From assembly GCF_009914755.1 (NCBI RefSeq), contig NC_060938.1: a stretch of 64,000 nt of DNA. The stretch is one strand, 5' to 3'. Made by a program: the position numbers and the translations under genes. Below are positions 14,230-27,319 of the stretch, piece by piece. Within the stretch, counting starts at the first letter, position 1. Each line of letters starts with the position of its first letter. The DNA comes from the human T2T-CHM13v2.0 reference genome, Homo sapiens. Under the pieces are notes generated by a model that made no database searches, was not told where the DNA came from, and saw only the letters and a program-made list of their open reading frames with translations.

Positions 14230-16684
14230 ATACACTAAGTTCTGGCCTGGATGCAGATCACCTGGTGGTCAGAATGCAAAATGATAAAGCCACTTTGGGA
14301 AATCGTTTGACAGTTTTTCTTATAAAGTTAAGCTTATACTTACCATACAACACAGTAATCCTACTACTTGGTATTAGCTAAATGCAACAAAAATTTATGT
14401 TCACACAAAAACCTGTATGAGATTGTTTGCAGTAGCTTTATTCATAATTGTCAAAAACTAGAAAAACCCAAATGCCCTTCAACAAAATTAACTATCCACA
14501 CCAAAAAACACTACCCAACAAGAACACTAGAGAGACTATAACATAGACAAATCTCCAATGAATTAGCTAAGTGAAAGAAGCCAGACTCAAAGGCTGTATA
14601 GGTTATGATTCCATTTATATGACCCTGGAACAGACAAAACAACAGGAACAGAGAACAGAACAGTGGTTGCCAGGGACTGGGAGATGGAGAGGGGTTGATT
14701 ATGGGTGGAGTGATTTTATTGCCTGATGGAACTGTTCTATGTCTTGACTGCAGTGCTCACGGTTGTATACATTTGTCAAAACCCATAGAACTGGACACCA
14801 AAAAGGATGTTTCATAGAATGCAAATTATACCTTATTTTAAAATGAAAAAAAGGGGCAAATTATGTAGTGTAAATCAAGGAGGGGCTGTTTACTTTCAAC
14901 AATTATATGTAGTTCACACTTCAAACTGCTTTCACCACCCAGTCATCTCTAAATTTCCATACAACTCCATAGGCCTCAGTTAAATCATCTGAAAATGAAG
15001 ATAGTAATAGTATCTACCACATAGTTAGGAATAAATGAAATAACATAGATAGAGTGTTTAGAGCAGTGCTGACATATAATAAGAATTCAATAAATGCTGC
15101 CTGCTATTTCTACTGCCACTACAATGACTATTTTACTACCTTTGTTGTTGATGTTGCCTAACCTACTTTTCCCAAGATTTTACATACACTCAAATATATT
15201 CCCAAGATTTTACATATACTCATAATACTCATATTCATGCCATAGCAGTAAATAAAGTATGATTAAGGAGGAAAAAGTGAATGAATAAATATGATCTCCT
15301 TACCTCTGAACATTTTTCCCCTGATTTTTAGCATATTACTATCTACATAAACCATCCCCTCCTATTACAGTACTAGCACAAAGATATTTCTTTTTACTCA
15401 GTCAGGGGAGTTGTATCAGGAGAGGAAGAGCTAATTTGGTCTTTTTCTAAAATCCTTAAGTTCTCGTATCATCTTTGTTCCTGTCTGGGTGACTTTAGAA
15501 TCAATGCTTTTCTAAAATTAAAGTTTGTAAATAAAGAGTAGAAGTAAAAATAACATGTGATCTTCACTTCTTCAATGGTCAAATGAATGTCAATATTATG
15601 CAAAGCTTCTGGAATAACACTCCACCATTATATTAATAAGAGTTAGGCTACATCGAAAATAAGTACAGTTTTCAAGATAAATTCCTTTAAAAATCACAGA
15701 TAGCTCCAATAAGAAAATTAATTTGAAAAACGTTGAATAAAGGGTAAAGAGAGTGATACAATCTATGCCAGATGTTATGGCACTGGCGCATCTATTGCAG
15801 ACTTTTATCTTTGACACTTTTTTTATCTATAGAATCTTTTCCATCATCTCTAACTTACCCTCACCTTGCCTTGCCTTCATTCTATAAGACACAGTTTGGA
15901 ATGTCCTTTACTCCAATACCAAGAGGGGTTGGCCTGTATGGTTCCCCCATCCCACTCTCCCAATCCATATTTGCTTGGTGCACAGGTGGATGCTGGATCA
16001 ACAATGGGTCAACTGAAGATACTGTCCTGGGAATTTGGAATTGGGCTGACCCATAAGAAAGATATATAAAATTCAACTGTAATGAGGCAACTTTAGAAAG
16101 CCTGTCTACAAAAAAAGAAAAATAAATATAGATTTACAGAAAATACAGATAAGACAGACAAACAGGGTGAAAGTATTCCCTCAGTTCTTGATGGTTTTCC
16201 ATTTCTTATTTCTAATTCCTTCCTATAAGATGGCGCATTTTTGTCTTTGGGTTCCATGACTAAAATAAATTTCTTCTTTTTCCTTAAGTGAAGTCAAGTT
16301 GGTTTTGTTTAACGCACCTATCATATTAAAACAACAAATCTTCCACCATTTTTAACCTCTGGGAATGTGTCTCATGCCTACAGATCTACTAGGTCAGTTC
16401 ACTAGATCAATACTCACAGTTCCTGGAATTTGACTTTTCTCCTCTTTTCATCTAGGTACATACAGTAGCATATGATGCTACACTGCCACAAAATACTTAA
16501 TAGATTCCATAATAAAATAACACATATTTATAGCTTATAACATATTAAAACTAATGATTCATCTTCAGTAAAATAAATTAGTACCCATATTAATACTACA
16601 ATTTCCAAGTTCTAAGAAATGAATTTATTTTAAATAAAAGATAATATAAATGTTGTATATGTCAAAACAATCTACCTATAATAT

Positions 16685-16850
16685 GACTGTCAGGTAAAAT
16701 ACAGTATCCCAGTTAAATTTAAAATTCAGATAAACCACAGATAATTTTTAGTAAGTATGCCCCAAATACCACATGGGGGATTTACATGACATAACAAATC
16801 ACTTTTAAGATAATAAATTCTTTTTGTTCTTTTTATTTGATAAATCCAGA
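16685..16850. mobile_element. MER53-like palindromic DNA element next to the exon 5 donor
   Basis: taaaatacag..tcccagttaaatttaaaattcagataaac..agtaagtatgccccaaata. Confidence 0.6.
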
Positions 16851-16886
16851 CCCAGGGGTAAAAGAATTAATTCAGATCACTCTTAC

Positions 16887-16947
16887 CTGTGCTTTGTGTG
16901 ATGTTTTCTCTAGGAATATCAACCAACCACAAAATCCGATCACTGAA
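16887..16947 (-). CDS. CATSPERB: CATSPERB exon 5 (61 nt; FSDRILWLVDIPRENITQST)
   Basis: ttcaag| acceptor, |gtaaga donor; phase 0-1; peptide continues CATSPERB. Confidence 0.96.
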
Positions 16948-19036
16948 CTTGAATAAAGAAGACATCAGAAAACAATGTTTTACAACATGAATAACAACAC
17001 ATCACATTCTATGCTATATTTTTAAAAGAGAATTAAACAAAAACATCCAATGCATATACCTTTTACCTAGAAATTTCACTCTTAGGAATTTTTCCTACAT
17101 TATGCTCACATATGTGTGAAATAAAATGTGTTCAAGAATAATTTTGCATCACTGTAATGGCTGAACATTGGAAATAATGAAAATATTCATCAGTTATGTA
17201 TAATATAGCCACATAGTGGAACTCTGTACAGCCAAGCTTATGTAGCACAAAGTTGAAGTATTTACTCATGACATGTCAGAGACAGAGCTTGAGGTTGACA
17301 GAGCATTTGGGATATTAAGAGGAAAATTCCAGGAATAAGGAAACTGCAAGAATGGTAATCTCTGAGATTTAAATATAAACTGTGACCAAATTCTTGGGCA
17401 ATAAAGGTGCAAAGGACACCCCCAGAAGACCAGTTTGTAAAAACTAGCAGTGCAAGCTAAAAGAATTGAGTAGCGATTTCAGCTGCCAAAACCACAGGTA
17501 AGATCTTAGAGACGTGTGGTACAATTCTTCTTTTGAAGAAATAATGGCTGGAAACATTCCAAATTTGCTAAACTTACAATTCAAGAAGCCCAGGGAACCT
17601 TACTTGGGTAAATCCAAAGAGAAAAATCTTAAAAGCATCCAGAGAAAAATAACATATTACATACAGGAGACAATCGTAAAATTAACAGCTGACTTCTTAT
17701 TCAGAAGCAAAGGTGTCAGATGACATTAGTATAAAATATTCAAAATGCTGAAATAAAGTGAAGTCAACCAGAAATTTTATATTTGACAAAACTATGCTTC
17801 AAAATTTCAGTTGACCACTAAAAACCTGTTAGATCTTACAAACAAGTTTAGCAAGGCTGCAGGATACTAGATCAACATATAAAAATCAATTATTATATTT
17901 CTATGTACTTGCAGTGAACAATCTGAAAATGATATTAAGAAAGCAATTCCCTTTAAAACATAAAAAAGAATAAAATATTAGAAATAAATTTAACAAAAGA
18001 AGTATAAAACTTATACTCTGAAAACATAAAACATTGTTGAAAGAAATTAAAGATCTAAATAAATGGAGAGACATCCACCCTGTTCATAGATTGGAAGACT
18101 TAATATTAGTAAAATGGCAATACTACCCAAATGTATCTACAGATTCAATACAGTCCTTATCAGAATCCCAGATGGCTACTTTGTAGAAATTGGCAAGCTT
18201 ATCCTAAAATTCATATTATTTTATGTAACTCAGACTAGCAAAAATAATCTTGAAAAAGAACAAAGTTAGAAGATTCATGCTTCCTGATTTCAAACTGTAG
18301 TACAAAGCAACAATATCAAGACAATATGATATTAGCATAAAGATAGACATGTGGATCAATGCAATAAAATTGAGAATCCAGAAATAAACTGTCCCATTTA
18401 TGGTAAACTTATTTTCAACAAAAGTGCCAAAACAATTCAATAGAAGAATAATAGTCTTTTCTACAAGTCATGCTAGGATGGCTGGATATCCACATGCAAA
18501 AGAATGAGTAAGGACCCTTATCTCACATCAAATACAAAAATGAACTCAAAATGGATCCAAGATCTAAATGTAGAAGGTAAATTATCAACCTCCTAGAAGA
18601 AAACATGTGGGATAAAATTTCATAACCTTGAGTCAGGCAATGGTTTTCTACACATGACACCAAAAGCACAAGCAACAAGAGAAAAAATAGATACAGCCGA
18701 CTTCATTAAGAAAAACTTCTGTGTATCAAAGGACACTATAAAGAAAGTGAAAAGACAACGCATAGAATGAGAGAAAATATTTGCAAATCATATGTCTGAT
18801 AAGAGACTTGTATCTAGAATCTATACAGAGCTTTTACAAATCAAAAAGACGAATACCCAAACTAAAAATGGGCATATAATTTGAATAGATATTTCTCCAA
18901 AGAATGTATTCAAGGGACTAATAAGTACATGAAAAGATACTCAACATCATTAGTCATTTGGGAAATTAAAATCAAAATGATAATGAGATAGCACTTTATA
19001 CCTACTAGGATGGTTATTTTAAAAAAGATAAATAAA

Positions 19037-19530
<494 letters not shown>

Positions 19531-20517
19531 AATTGGAATTCTAACAAGCTGCTAGTGAGAATGTAAAATAGTACAACCACTTTAGAAAACAGTCTGGCAT
19601 TTTCTCAAAAGGTCAAACATGGAGTTATCATATGATCCATCAATTCCATCCCTGGCCATGTAGCTAAGAAAAATGAAAATATATTTCCACACAAAAATTT
19701 TCACACAAATGTTCACAGCAGCATTATTCAGAAGAGCCAAAAAGTGGGAATAGCCCAAAGGTTCATCAACTGATAAATGGATAAACAAAATGTGGTATTT
19801 ATACAATGCGATATTATTTGACCATATTATGCTAACTGAAACATATGCTAACTGAAAGAAGCCAGTCATGAACACTACATATATATGTTTCATTTACATA
19901 AAATGTTCAGAGTTAGAAAATCTATAGAAACAGAAAGATTAGTGGTTGTCTAGGGCTGGGGAGTGGAGGGGGGATTGGGAGTGACTGCTAATAGTTATAG
20001 ATTGTCACTTTCATCACTTTTGGAGTGACTAAAGTATTCTGGAATTAGTAGTGATGGTTGCACAACTCTATGAATATACTAAAAACCATTTAAGTGCACA
20101 CTTTAAATGAGTGAACTGTATGGAATTATATCTTAATAAAGTTGTTGCCAAAAAAGAGGTGAAATAAAGACATTTTTAGAAGGAAAAAACCCCAGAGAAT
20201 TATTTGCCAGCAGTTCTGCACTGTAAGAAATGCTAAAAGAAATTGACATCAGATGGCAACTTACATCTACAGGAAGGAATGAAGGACAGTATAAATAATA
20301 AATATGTAGGTAAAGGGTACAAATAAGTATTTCTTCTTCTTTAATTTATTTAAAAATATATGACTGTTTAAAGCAAAAAGTGTAACACTATCAGTGGGCT
20401 TAAAACATACATAGATGTAATATTACTCAGCTACCTATTTTTTAAAAAATACATCCTATAAGGAAGAGTATGCTTCTTGTTAATAACATATCACAGAGTA
20501 AGATAAAATGTAATTAC

Positions 20518-20658
20518 CAACGTTAAATTAAAGTGGAAGATGCCATTATATGTACTATTCATGATTCCCAAGCTGGGAGCAAGTCCTCCTGATGTGAACA
20601 CACTTAGCATTGCTTTTGATGCAATTTCATTTTCAGTTTGGAAGAAACACTGGATTTT
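20518..20658 (-). CDS. CATSPERB: CATSPERB exon 4 (141 nt; KIQCFFQTENEIASKAMLSVFTSGGLAPSLGIMNSTYNGIFHFNLTL)
   Basis: Inside ORF 20491..20688(-); ctaaag| acceptor, |gtaatt donor; phase 0-0. Confidence 0.97.
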
Positions 20659-21599
20659 CTTTAGGAAAGCAAGAAAAAAAAAAAACAACTAATAACCACT
20701 TGATGCAGACACACAAGTTAGTTAATCTAAAAGTGATTAGTAATTCCAGTCTCTAGTTAGGAAAAAATATATATATTTATACAAGTATACTTTCAGAACT
20801 CAGTAACCTATTATGCTAGCATCATAAAGGTTTCATCTTAATAATAATCTTTTCTATCATAGAAATGGTCATTATTATTACATGTAGTAAACATAGACTC
20901 AAAGCAATATGTTATCACAAATAGAAATTCCAATTTTATTAAAATTGTTATTTTGTGTCTAAATAAAAAAGGAAGCAACTATATAAAGCAAAGCCTATTT
21001 TACTGCATCTTTACTGGATATTTCCTAGTTTTGAGAAGGCATATGAAAATGTAGCGATCAGAAATGGTGGATTTTCCTGAAAACTAACATGAGACAGATA
21101 CCAAGAGCTTTATTTCAATTAATTCTCCTAGTACTTAAGATCGCTTTGGGCAAGTTCCCTATCTGAGTTTTAGTTTCCCTAATCTAAAAAATGGGGAAAT
21201 ACATTCATTCCAAAAATATCTACTGAGCCCTTCCTATGAATGGTGCTAGGAATGTAGCTGTGAATAAAACAGACAGAACTCTCTGCCCCTGTGGAATTAA
21301 CATTCTAATGGAGATTGATTGGCAAGTAGACAAACTGGATGGAGAGATTGTTGGATGGATTGGTAGAGAATGAAGGAAAAGATAGAAAAAATGAAATAAA
21401 TATAGAATACATTATAAGAACGAGGCAGGGAAGGGAGGTTGAGAGTGCAGGAGTTTGGGAAGGCAGTACAATTTTTCACAGGGTTATTAGCGAATAAAAA
21501 ACAATATTTTCCTCACAGAAGATTAAATGTATAGATTAAATGTCATAATGAACATTAAACTTTTTTTTAAAATGCCTGATACACATAAACTCTTTATAA

Positions 21600-21810
21600 A
21601 CGTTAGCTATCACTTCTAATACTACTGCTGCTAGAACTACTATACTACAACTATCCAAAAAGTAGGTTATAATTCCCTTTTTAGAAGAAGAACTGAGGGT
21701 TAGAGAGTTTAGGTAACCTGCCCCAGGACACACAGACCATAAATGGCAGAACCAAGACTGGACCCCAGCTCTGTAAGTCCGTCTTCTTCCAAAGCCCATA
21801 CTTTTTCCAT
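21600..21810. mobile_element. MIR SINE
   Basis: MIR core: agaagaactgagggttagagagtttaggtaacctgccccaggacacacag. Confidence 0.7.
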
Positions 21811-22553
21811 AACATATAACAACAAATCAGAAATGCATTTTTAGCTCAGAGAGCATACACTTCTCAATAGTTGTATATACAAAGCTTAAATATATATTTA
21901 AGCATATCAAGAGGGAATTGTGGCCTAAGTCAAAGCAGGCTTAGGAATACATGCATTTGCTCTCATGGAGTCTTTTTCTTTGTTTTTATTATATATATTT
22001 ATCATAGATTTTTAGACAATCTGTGCATTTTTTATTAATGTATATTTTTGTTAGTATTTGCTGCATGATCTTGATAGCATGCTTTATTTTACTCCGTTGT
22101 GTGTGTTTTTAAAAAGTCTCCCATTATTTGAATCAAAGGATCATATCATTCCTTACCCAAAATGACAACTTCAATGTGGTACTTGTTATACAAAGGCAAG
22201 ACAGATTTTCAAGGTCATGTGAGGTAGCTTTCCTTCTCTAATAGGCTACATCTGTCAGACTTCAAAAGGACAAATCAACTCCACTAAAAAGGGGAGGGAG
22301 GAGGCATCATTTTAAAAAAGAAAGAATAAAAGCAAAAACACCCAGGATGCTCTATGGCTAAGTGAAGTATTTTACCTGCTCCAAGTAGACATACACTAGC
22401 AAAGATAGAAAAAATTATTATTTATATAGAATTTTCCCTCCCCAAGACTGAACATAGTAGAGGGTATTTGGAAAGAATACAATGCTATTGGTTTTACACA
22501 TGGATTTTAAAGGAACGTGAAGGGTTATAACACATGCTATTAGTGGACCTTAC

Positions 22554-22642
22554 CAAGTTTTCTAAGAAAAGATACAACTTGATTATTTCATTCTCTTGAG
22601 GGAACCCTTTGTTAGAACATGCAAAGCGTTTCTCTGTATCAT
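22554..22642 (-). CDS. CATSPERB: CATSPERB exon 3 (89 nt; DDTEKRFACSNKGFPQENEIIKLYLFLENL)
   Basis: tttag| acceptor, |gtaagg donor; 79+89=168 nt keeps the frame; peptide continues CATSPERB. Confidence 0.97.
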
Positions 22643-23214
22643 CTAAATAATAAAAAAAATACATATATTAGATCACTGATAGAAGACTGTCCATAAAAAG
22701 TACCATGTTTCTAAAACTGACAAAATATTTTTAAGGAATAAGAATTATAATTGCACATTTTAAATTCACTTTAGGTAAAATTCAAATTTTCCACCTTGTT
22801 TTTCTTTTTACACATATGCTATAAGGTATGTTTAGAAACGGAAGGTTTGGCTGAAGCACTAATATAACTCATGCTAGACCATGACACAAAATTTTTAGAG
22901 GTAGACAAAAACCAGTTCTTGACACTTCAACGCCTCACCTTGAGGGTATAAAAGGATCCAGAATCAGCAACTGCAGAGAAAATTTGTGTTTTGATAGAGA
23001 GGTACTGAATGAAGATGTTAGGAGACGGACCCCTTCTACTTACTTACCTTGTGTCTGAGGCAAGAGGGTCTGTTGGGCACACTAAAAAAAGTAACATGTA
23101 TCCCTGCAGTTTGGGGCACAAACTCAGACTCCTGCTTAGAAAATCTAGAAGGCAAGAGATGATTTGGTGGAGAGAACAGGATACGGTTTGTTGAGAAAGA
23201 GATGGGTACGTTAA

Positions 23215-23926
23215 TGACACAGACAGAAGACAGAAATACTGGGTAGAAGAGGCAAAGGTCCCATCCTCAAGCCTGGAAACCCACAGCCCTAATGAAAACA
23301 GGCATTTCTGTTTTCGTGCCCAGAAGTTGCCTTTTGGCCCACCATGGCCCCTATCCTATACCCATATAAACCCCAGACCCCAGGCCTCAGAGCAGACTAG
23401 TAGGTAAGCAAGGATATGAACAGAAGAGCAAAAGAACAGCAGAGAGAAGAGAAGGAGCATCTAAATGCCAAGAGGAGCTCCTCTGGGGATGGTCGGAGAG
23501 GCCAAAATCCAGGGGAAGATCATCTTCCCACACCATCCCCCTTCTAGGTAGCCATCTGTCCTGCTGAGAGACACCTCAGGCCATTCAGTAAAACCCCTGC
23601 ATTCATCCTTCAAGTCCATGTGCAAACTGATTATTCCTGGATGCCGGACAAGGACCTGGGTACCAAGAAGGCACTGAGCTGGTAAACACTTAAACCGTCC
23701 GTGGACAGCAAGGCTAAGACGGTGCACTGTAACACACACCCACTTGGGTTTCAGGAGTCACAGGCTCCCACCCGTGGATGCTGCCATGGAGCCAGAGCCC
23801 AGGCGTGCTCGTCCGGCTCCTGCACCTGCCCATCTGCATGCTCCCCATCCCGTAAGGGGTTCGAGTGCCAGAACAGCCACACCTCTGTATGTCCTGCAAG
23901 AGGGGCCAGGGAACTCTCCCGTTTCA
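23215..23926 (+). mobile_element. ERV1 solo LTR (LTR1/LTR27-like)
   Basis: TG...CA termini, TTAA 4-bp TSD (23211-23214, 23927-23930), TATA-like cccatataaacccc, end gaactctcccgtttca. Confidence 0.85.
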
Positions 23927-25588
23927 TTAAGAGTCCTGCACAACCAAAATTTACTGGGGCAAAAGATGGATGAATGCTTCCTGTGGTCCAGATATAGGTC
24001 ACTGGTGAAAAAGAACTAGCTTAGGGTCATCTAGGTTCCTGTCCTCAAAGGTCTCTCTGAGCGGCAAATGGCTCTCAGCAAAAAGAATTTGAAGGCATAG
24101 ACAAAGAAATAAGTGACCAGTGGGAATGAAGAAGTTTTTGCCTTTGTTAGAAGAACTGTAGATGAGAGATTCCCAGTAATGTGAGGGAGGGGAAGGGGCT
24201 ATGAAGGACTCATTCAAGAGCCCAGAGATCAAGGGTCAGCTTTACACATCTGCTGGAACTTGAAAGTGCAAATGTCAGATGGTCCCCTCAGAACCAGCTA
24301 GGGCAGAACTGTGCTTTCCCTCCCACTTCTCCCTCCCTTTCTACAACGCTGGAGCAGGAAGGGTCAAAACCTAAAGTTGATGAGACAATGAAAAGGAATC
24401 TAAACACTAAGTGGAGAGAAGGAAAAGTTGACCTTAGCTTTTCTTCCTCACCTATAGGCTTCCCACCAGCACAGGCCCAGATAGGGAACAGGGAAGAAGC
24501 TTCAATTATAAAATAAGAGTTAAATTTGACTTGTACATGGGCTTGGATATCTTAATTACAACAATTACAATGCAAAAGTGTTTTAAAATTTCAAATGCTC
24601 AGAGAACTGATTTTTGGCTCAAGGGGAATATGTGCAGGTTTGTTACAAAAGTATATTTTGTATGCTAAGTTTTGGCGTAGAAATGAATCTGTCTCCCAGG
24701 TAGTGAGCACAGTGCCCTCCCTGATCCATTTCTCCTGTCCCTCATATTCCCCAGAGTTTATTGTTCTAGGAGAACTGTGTGAATCATCCAATTGTAACCA
24801 AAAAAATCTTGGTTCTGGCCCAAATATTCATCCAGTGACAGAGGAAGAACCATGCCAAAGATTGGATTTAAATAGGAGGCAAAAATAAATTTAATTTATA
24901 ATTGAACGTTACTCATTCTGTTTGTATAATGTAATGATTTCAATGCTATTCTTGAAATTCTATAAGTAAACATATCTTTACAAATATCAAAAATATGCAA
25001 AATATACAAATATTTCTGGAGGTTATAATGTTAAACAGTTTTCAAAGTACTTTCAACTTATGCAGTCACTTTGCCCATACTTGACAATGCTATCAGACCT
25101 ATTTTTTAAAGCTATAATTTGATTGTGAAGTCCAAATCACTTCTCTGTTTAAAAATCTTCACTGACACACCCTTACCTCATGAATTAAACTTCTTAAATG
25201 GTGAGACACTAAACAGAAGGAAACTAACTCCTTTGAATAACATACTCTGAGCCATTAAGGCTCAAATGGGTTGAGCTGGATTTAGATGTTATTTTATGAA
25301 ATTCCCACAATACCTTGTGCCACATATATTACTGTCTCCTCTTTAAAGAAGAGGAAATCAAGCTCAAACGTCATATAACTAACAACAGTGGGCCAGACTG
25401 GAACCAAGTTGTTTCTCTAAGGGACATCCTCTCTTTATCCCGCTAGACACTCTTTCAATAGTTAAGCCCATTTTTTCAGTCTCCCCTGCAGACAACCTTG
25501 TCTATCACCTCTGAAATGCATGGGCTTCTCTCTACTTCATTTTCTGCCTCAAATTTTAATACATTTTAAGATCCAGTTCAAATAGAAA

Positions 25589-25901
<313 letters not shown>

Positions 25902-26079
25902 TAACACTTGTCTCATTGCAACTAATTGATTTGTCCTCTGCACTTTGGTATCATTTTGTGAATTATGTACTCATATCAACAGGATCTTCTGGGCTTGGGT
26001 GGTAAAAACAGAGGCAGAGATACTGTGAGGAGAGACAGAGAAACAATTTCAAACTTTTCTAACTTTCCCTCCACGGACC

Positions 26080-26365
26080 GCTTTGCCTAGAAATTCTCAG
26101 ATTATAGAGTTTGCTAGATTCTGTTATAATAATAAAACACAGAAAATTACTCTTTCGCAAGCTTCTAAAGGAAAGATGTGCCAGAGAAGTTATACTTTCA
26201 ACAGCATGTGACTTCTTCAACAAGAATCATGATATAAAGGGAAACCACACAAGTGTAACCACCAATGGAATGCCTGCTCTGACTACCATAAAAATCCACT
26301 GTGGGACAAACGTACAGAAAAAAATGCCATTTATGAAATTCATTCATTGCCCTATTCACAGTTAT
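26080..26365 (+). mobile_element. hAT-Charlie-type transposase gene fragment
   Basis: ORF 26111..26395 reads KLLFRKLLKERCAREVILSTACDFFNKN..SVTTNGMPALT..MKFIHCPIH, resembling the Charlie/Buster LLFCxxL..DFF..SVxTDGAxAM..HCxxH motifs. Confidence 0.7.
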
Positions 26366-26372
26366 ACAACCA

Positions 26373-26531
26373 CAACAGTCCCCCTTTTTCTGTGATCTCA
26401 CTTTCCACAGTTTCAGTTACCTGTAGCCAACCATAGTCTAAAAACATAAAGTGGAAACTTTCAGAAATAAGCAATTTGTAAGTTTTACATTGTGCACTGT
26501 TCTGAGCAGTGTGATAAAATCTCATGCCATC
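26373..26531 (+). mobile_element. MER44-like (Tigger) 5' fragment
   Basis: cagtcccc..cactttccacagtttcagttacc..ttgtaagtttta..gtgataaaatctc. Confidence 0.7.
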
Positions 26532-26709
26532 GGCCAGGTGTGGTGGCTCATGCCTGTAATCTCAGCACTTTGGGAGGCTGAGGCAGGTGAATCACGAGGT
26601 CAGGAGTTCAAGACCAGCCTGGCCAAGATGGGTGAAACCCCATCTCTACTAAAAATACAAAAATTAGCCAGGCGTGGTGGTGGGCACCTGTAATCCCAGG
26701 TACTCGGGA
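26532..26709 (+). mobile_element. AluS, 3'-truncated
   Basis: Left arm plus start of right arm; stops at tactcggga without a tail. Confidence 0.93.
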
Positions 26710-26874
26710 TATTAGAAGCCTCTAGACCAGAGTATAATTGACAATATTGGGAAACAATTGGAAGATAAGATAAAGAAGAAATACTAAAAGAAAAATTTTT
26801 TACTGTAAATAAGGAAGAGACACAAATAAGAACTCCTGAGAAGGAAATAGAGAGTAAGATGGTCTGAAACTTAC

Positions 26875-26953
26875 CTTTATTATATACTATTCCTGATGAA
26901 AATTCAAATATGTTCAAAAGCAAAACTGAAACATATATAAGTGGCGATTCCAT
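26875..26953 (-). CDS. CATSPERB: CATSPERB exon 2 (first coding exon, 79 nt; [26 protein letters not shown], signal-peptide-like)
   Basis: Translation matches the remembered N-terminus of human CATSPERB; acceptor ccaacag|ATG, donor G|gtaagt; ends in phase 1. Confidence 0.97.
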
Positions 26954-27319
26954 CTGTTGGAATAAATAAGAATTATTTTCACTCAATTTCTGAACATATT
27001 TTTGAATTCCTTTTGCTATAAACAACTACAAAGTAGTAAAGAAATAATCTCAATATTCTTAATATTTCACACTGTGTGACAAAAGCAGACAACACAACAG
27101 TTGCCTAAACTCTAAATTTACTCCCTACTTGGTATTAAAGGTAAATTTATAGGTATAATTATTACAAACTAGAAAAAGAGATGTGGCTCAGGTTTTCCTT
27201 CAGTAGGTAACCTTTAGAGAGGTGAGATCAGTTACACAGCTATGTAAAACAGAGCCTGAACTGATGAAGACTCTGAGGATGATACAGCTGTAACTTAATC
27301 TAATATTTTGACAACGTTG

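Noticed and set aside
15169-15222. 30-bp-period direct repeat ttcccaagattttacata
   Set aside because: Only two copies; ordinary slippage duplication, not an array
23461-24019. Six overlapping ORFs on both strands
   Set aside because: By-product of the GC-rich solo LTR; no protein family resemblance
26600-27025. 141-aa ORF as an N-terminally extended or single-exon CATSPERB
   Set aside because: It is exon 2 plus intron and Alu read-through with a non-ATG start; splice sites define the 79-nt exon
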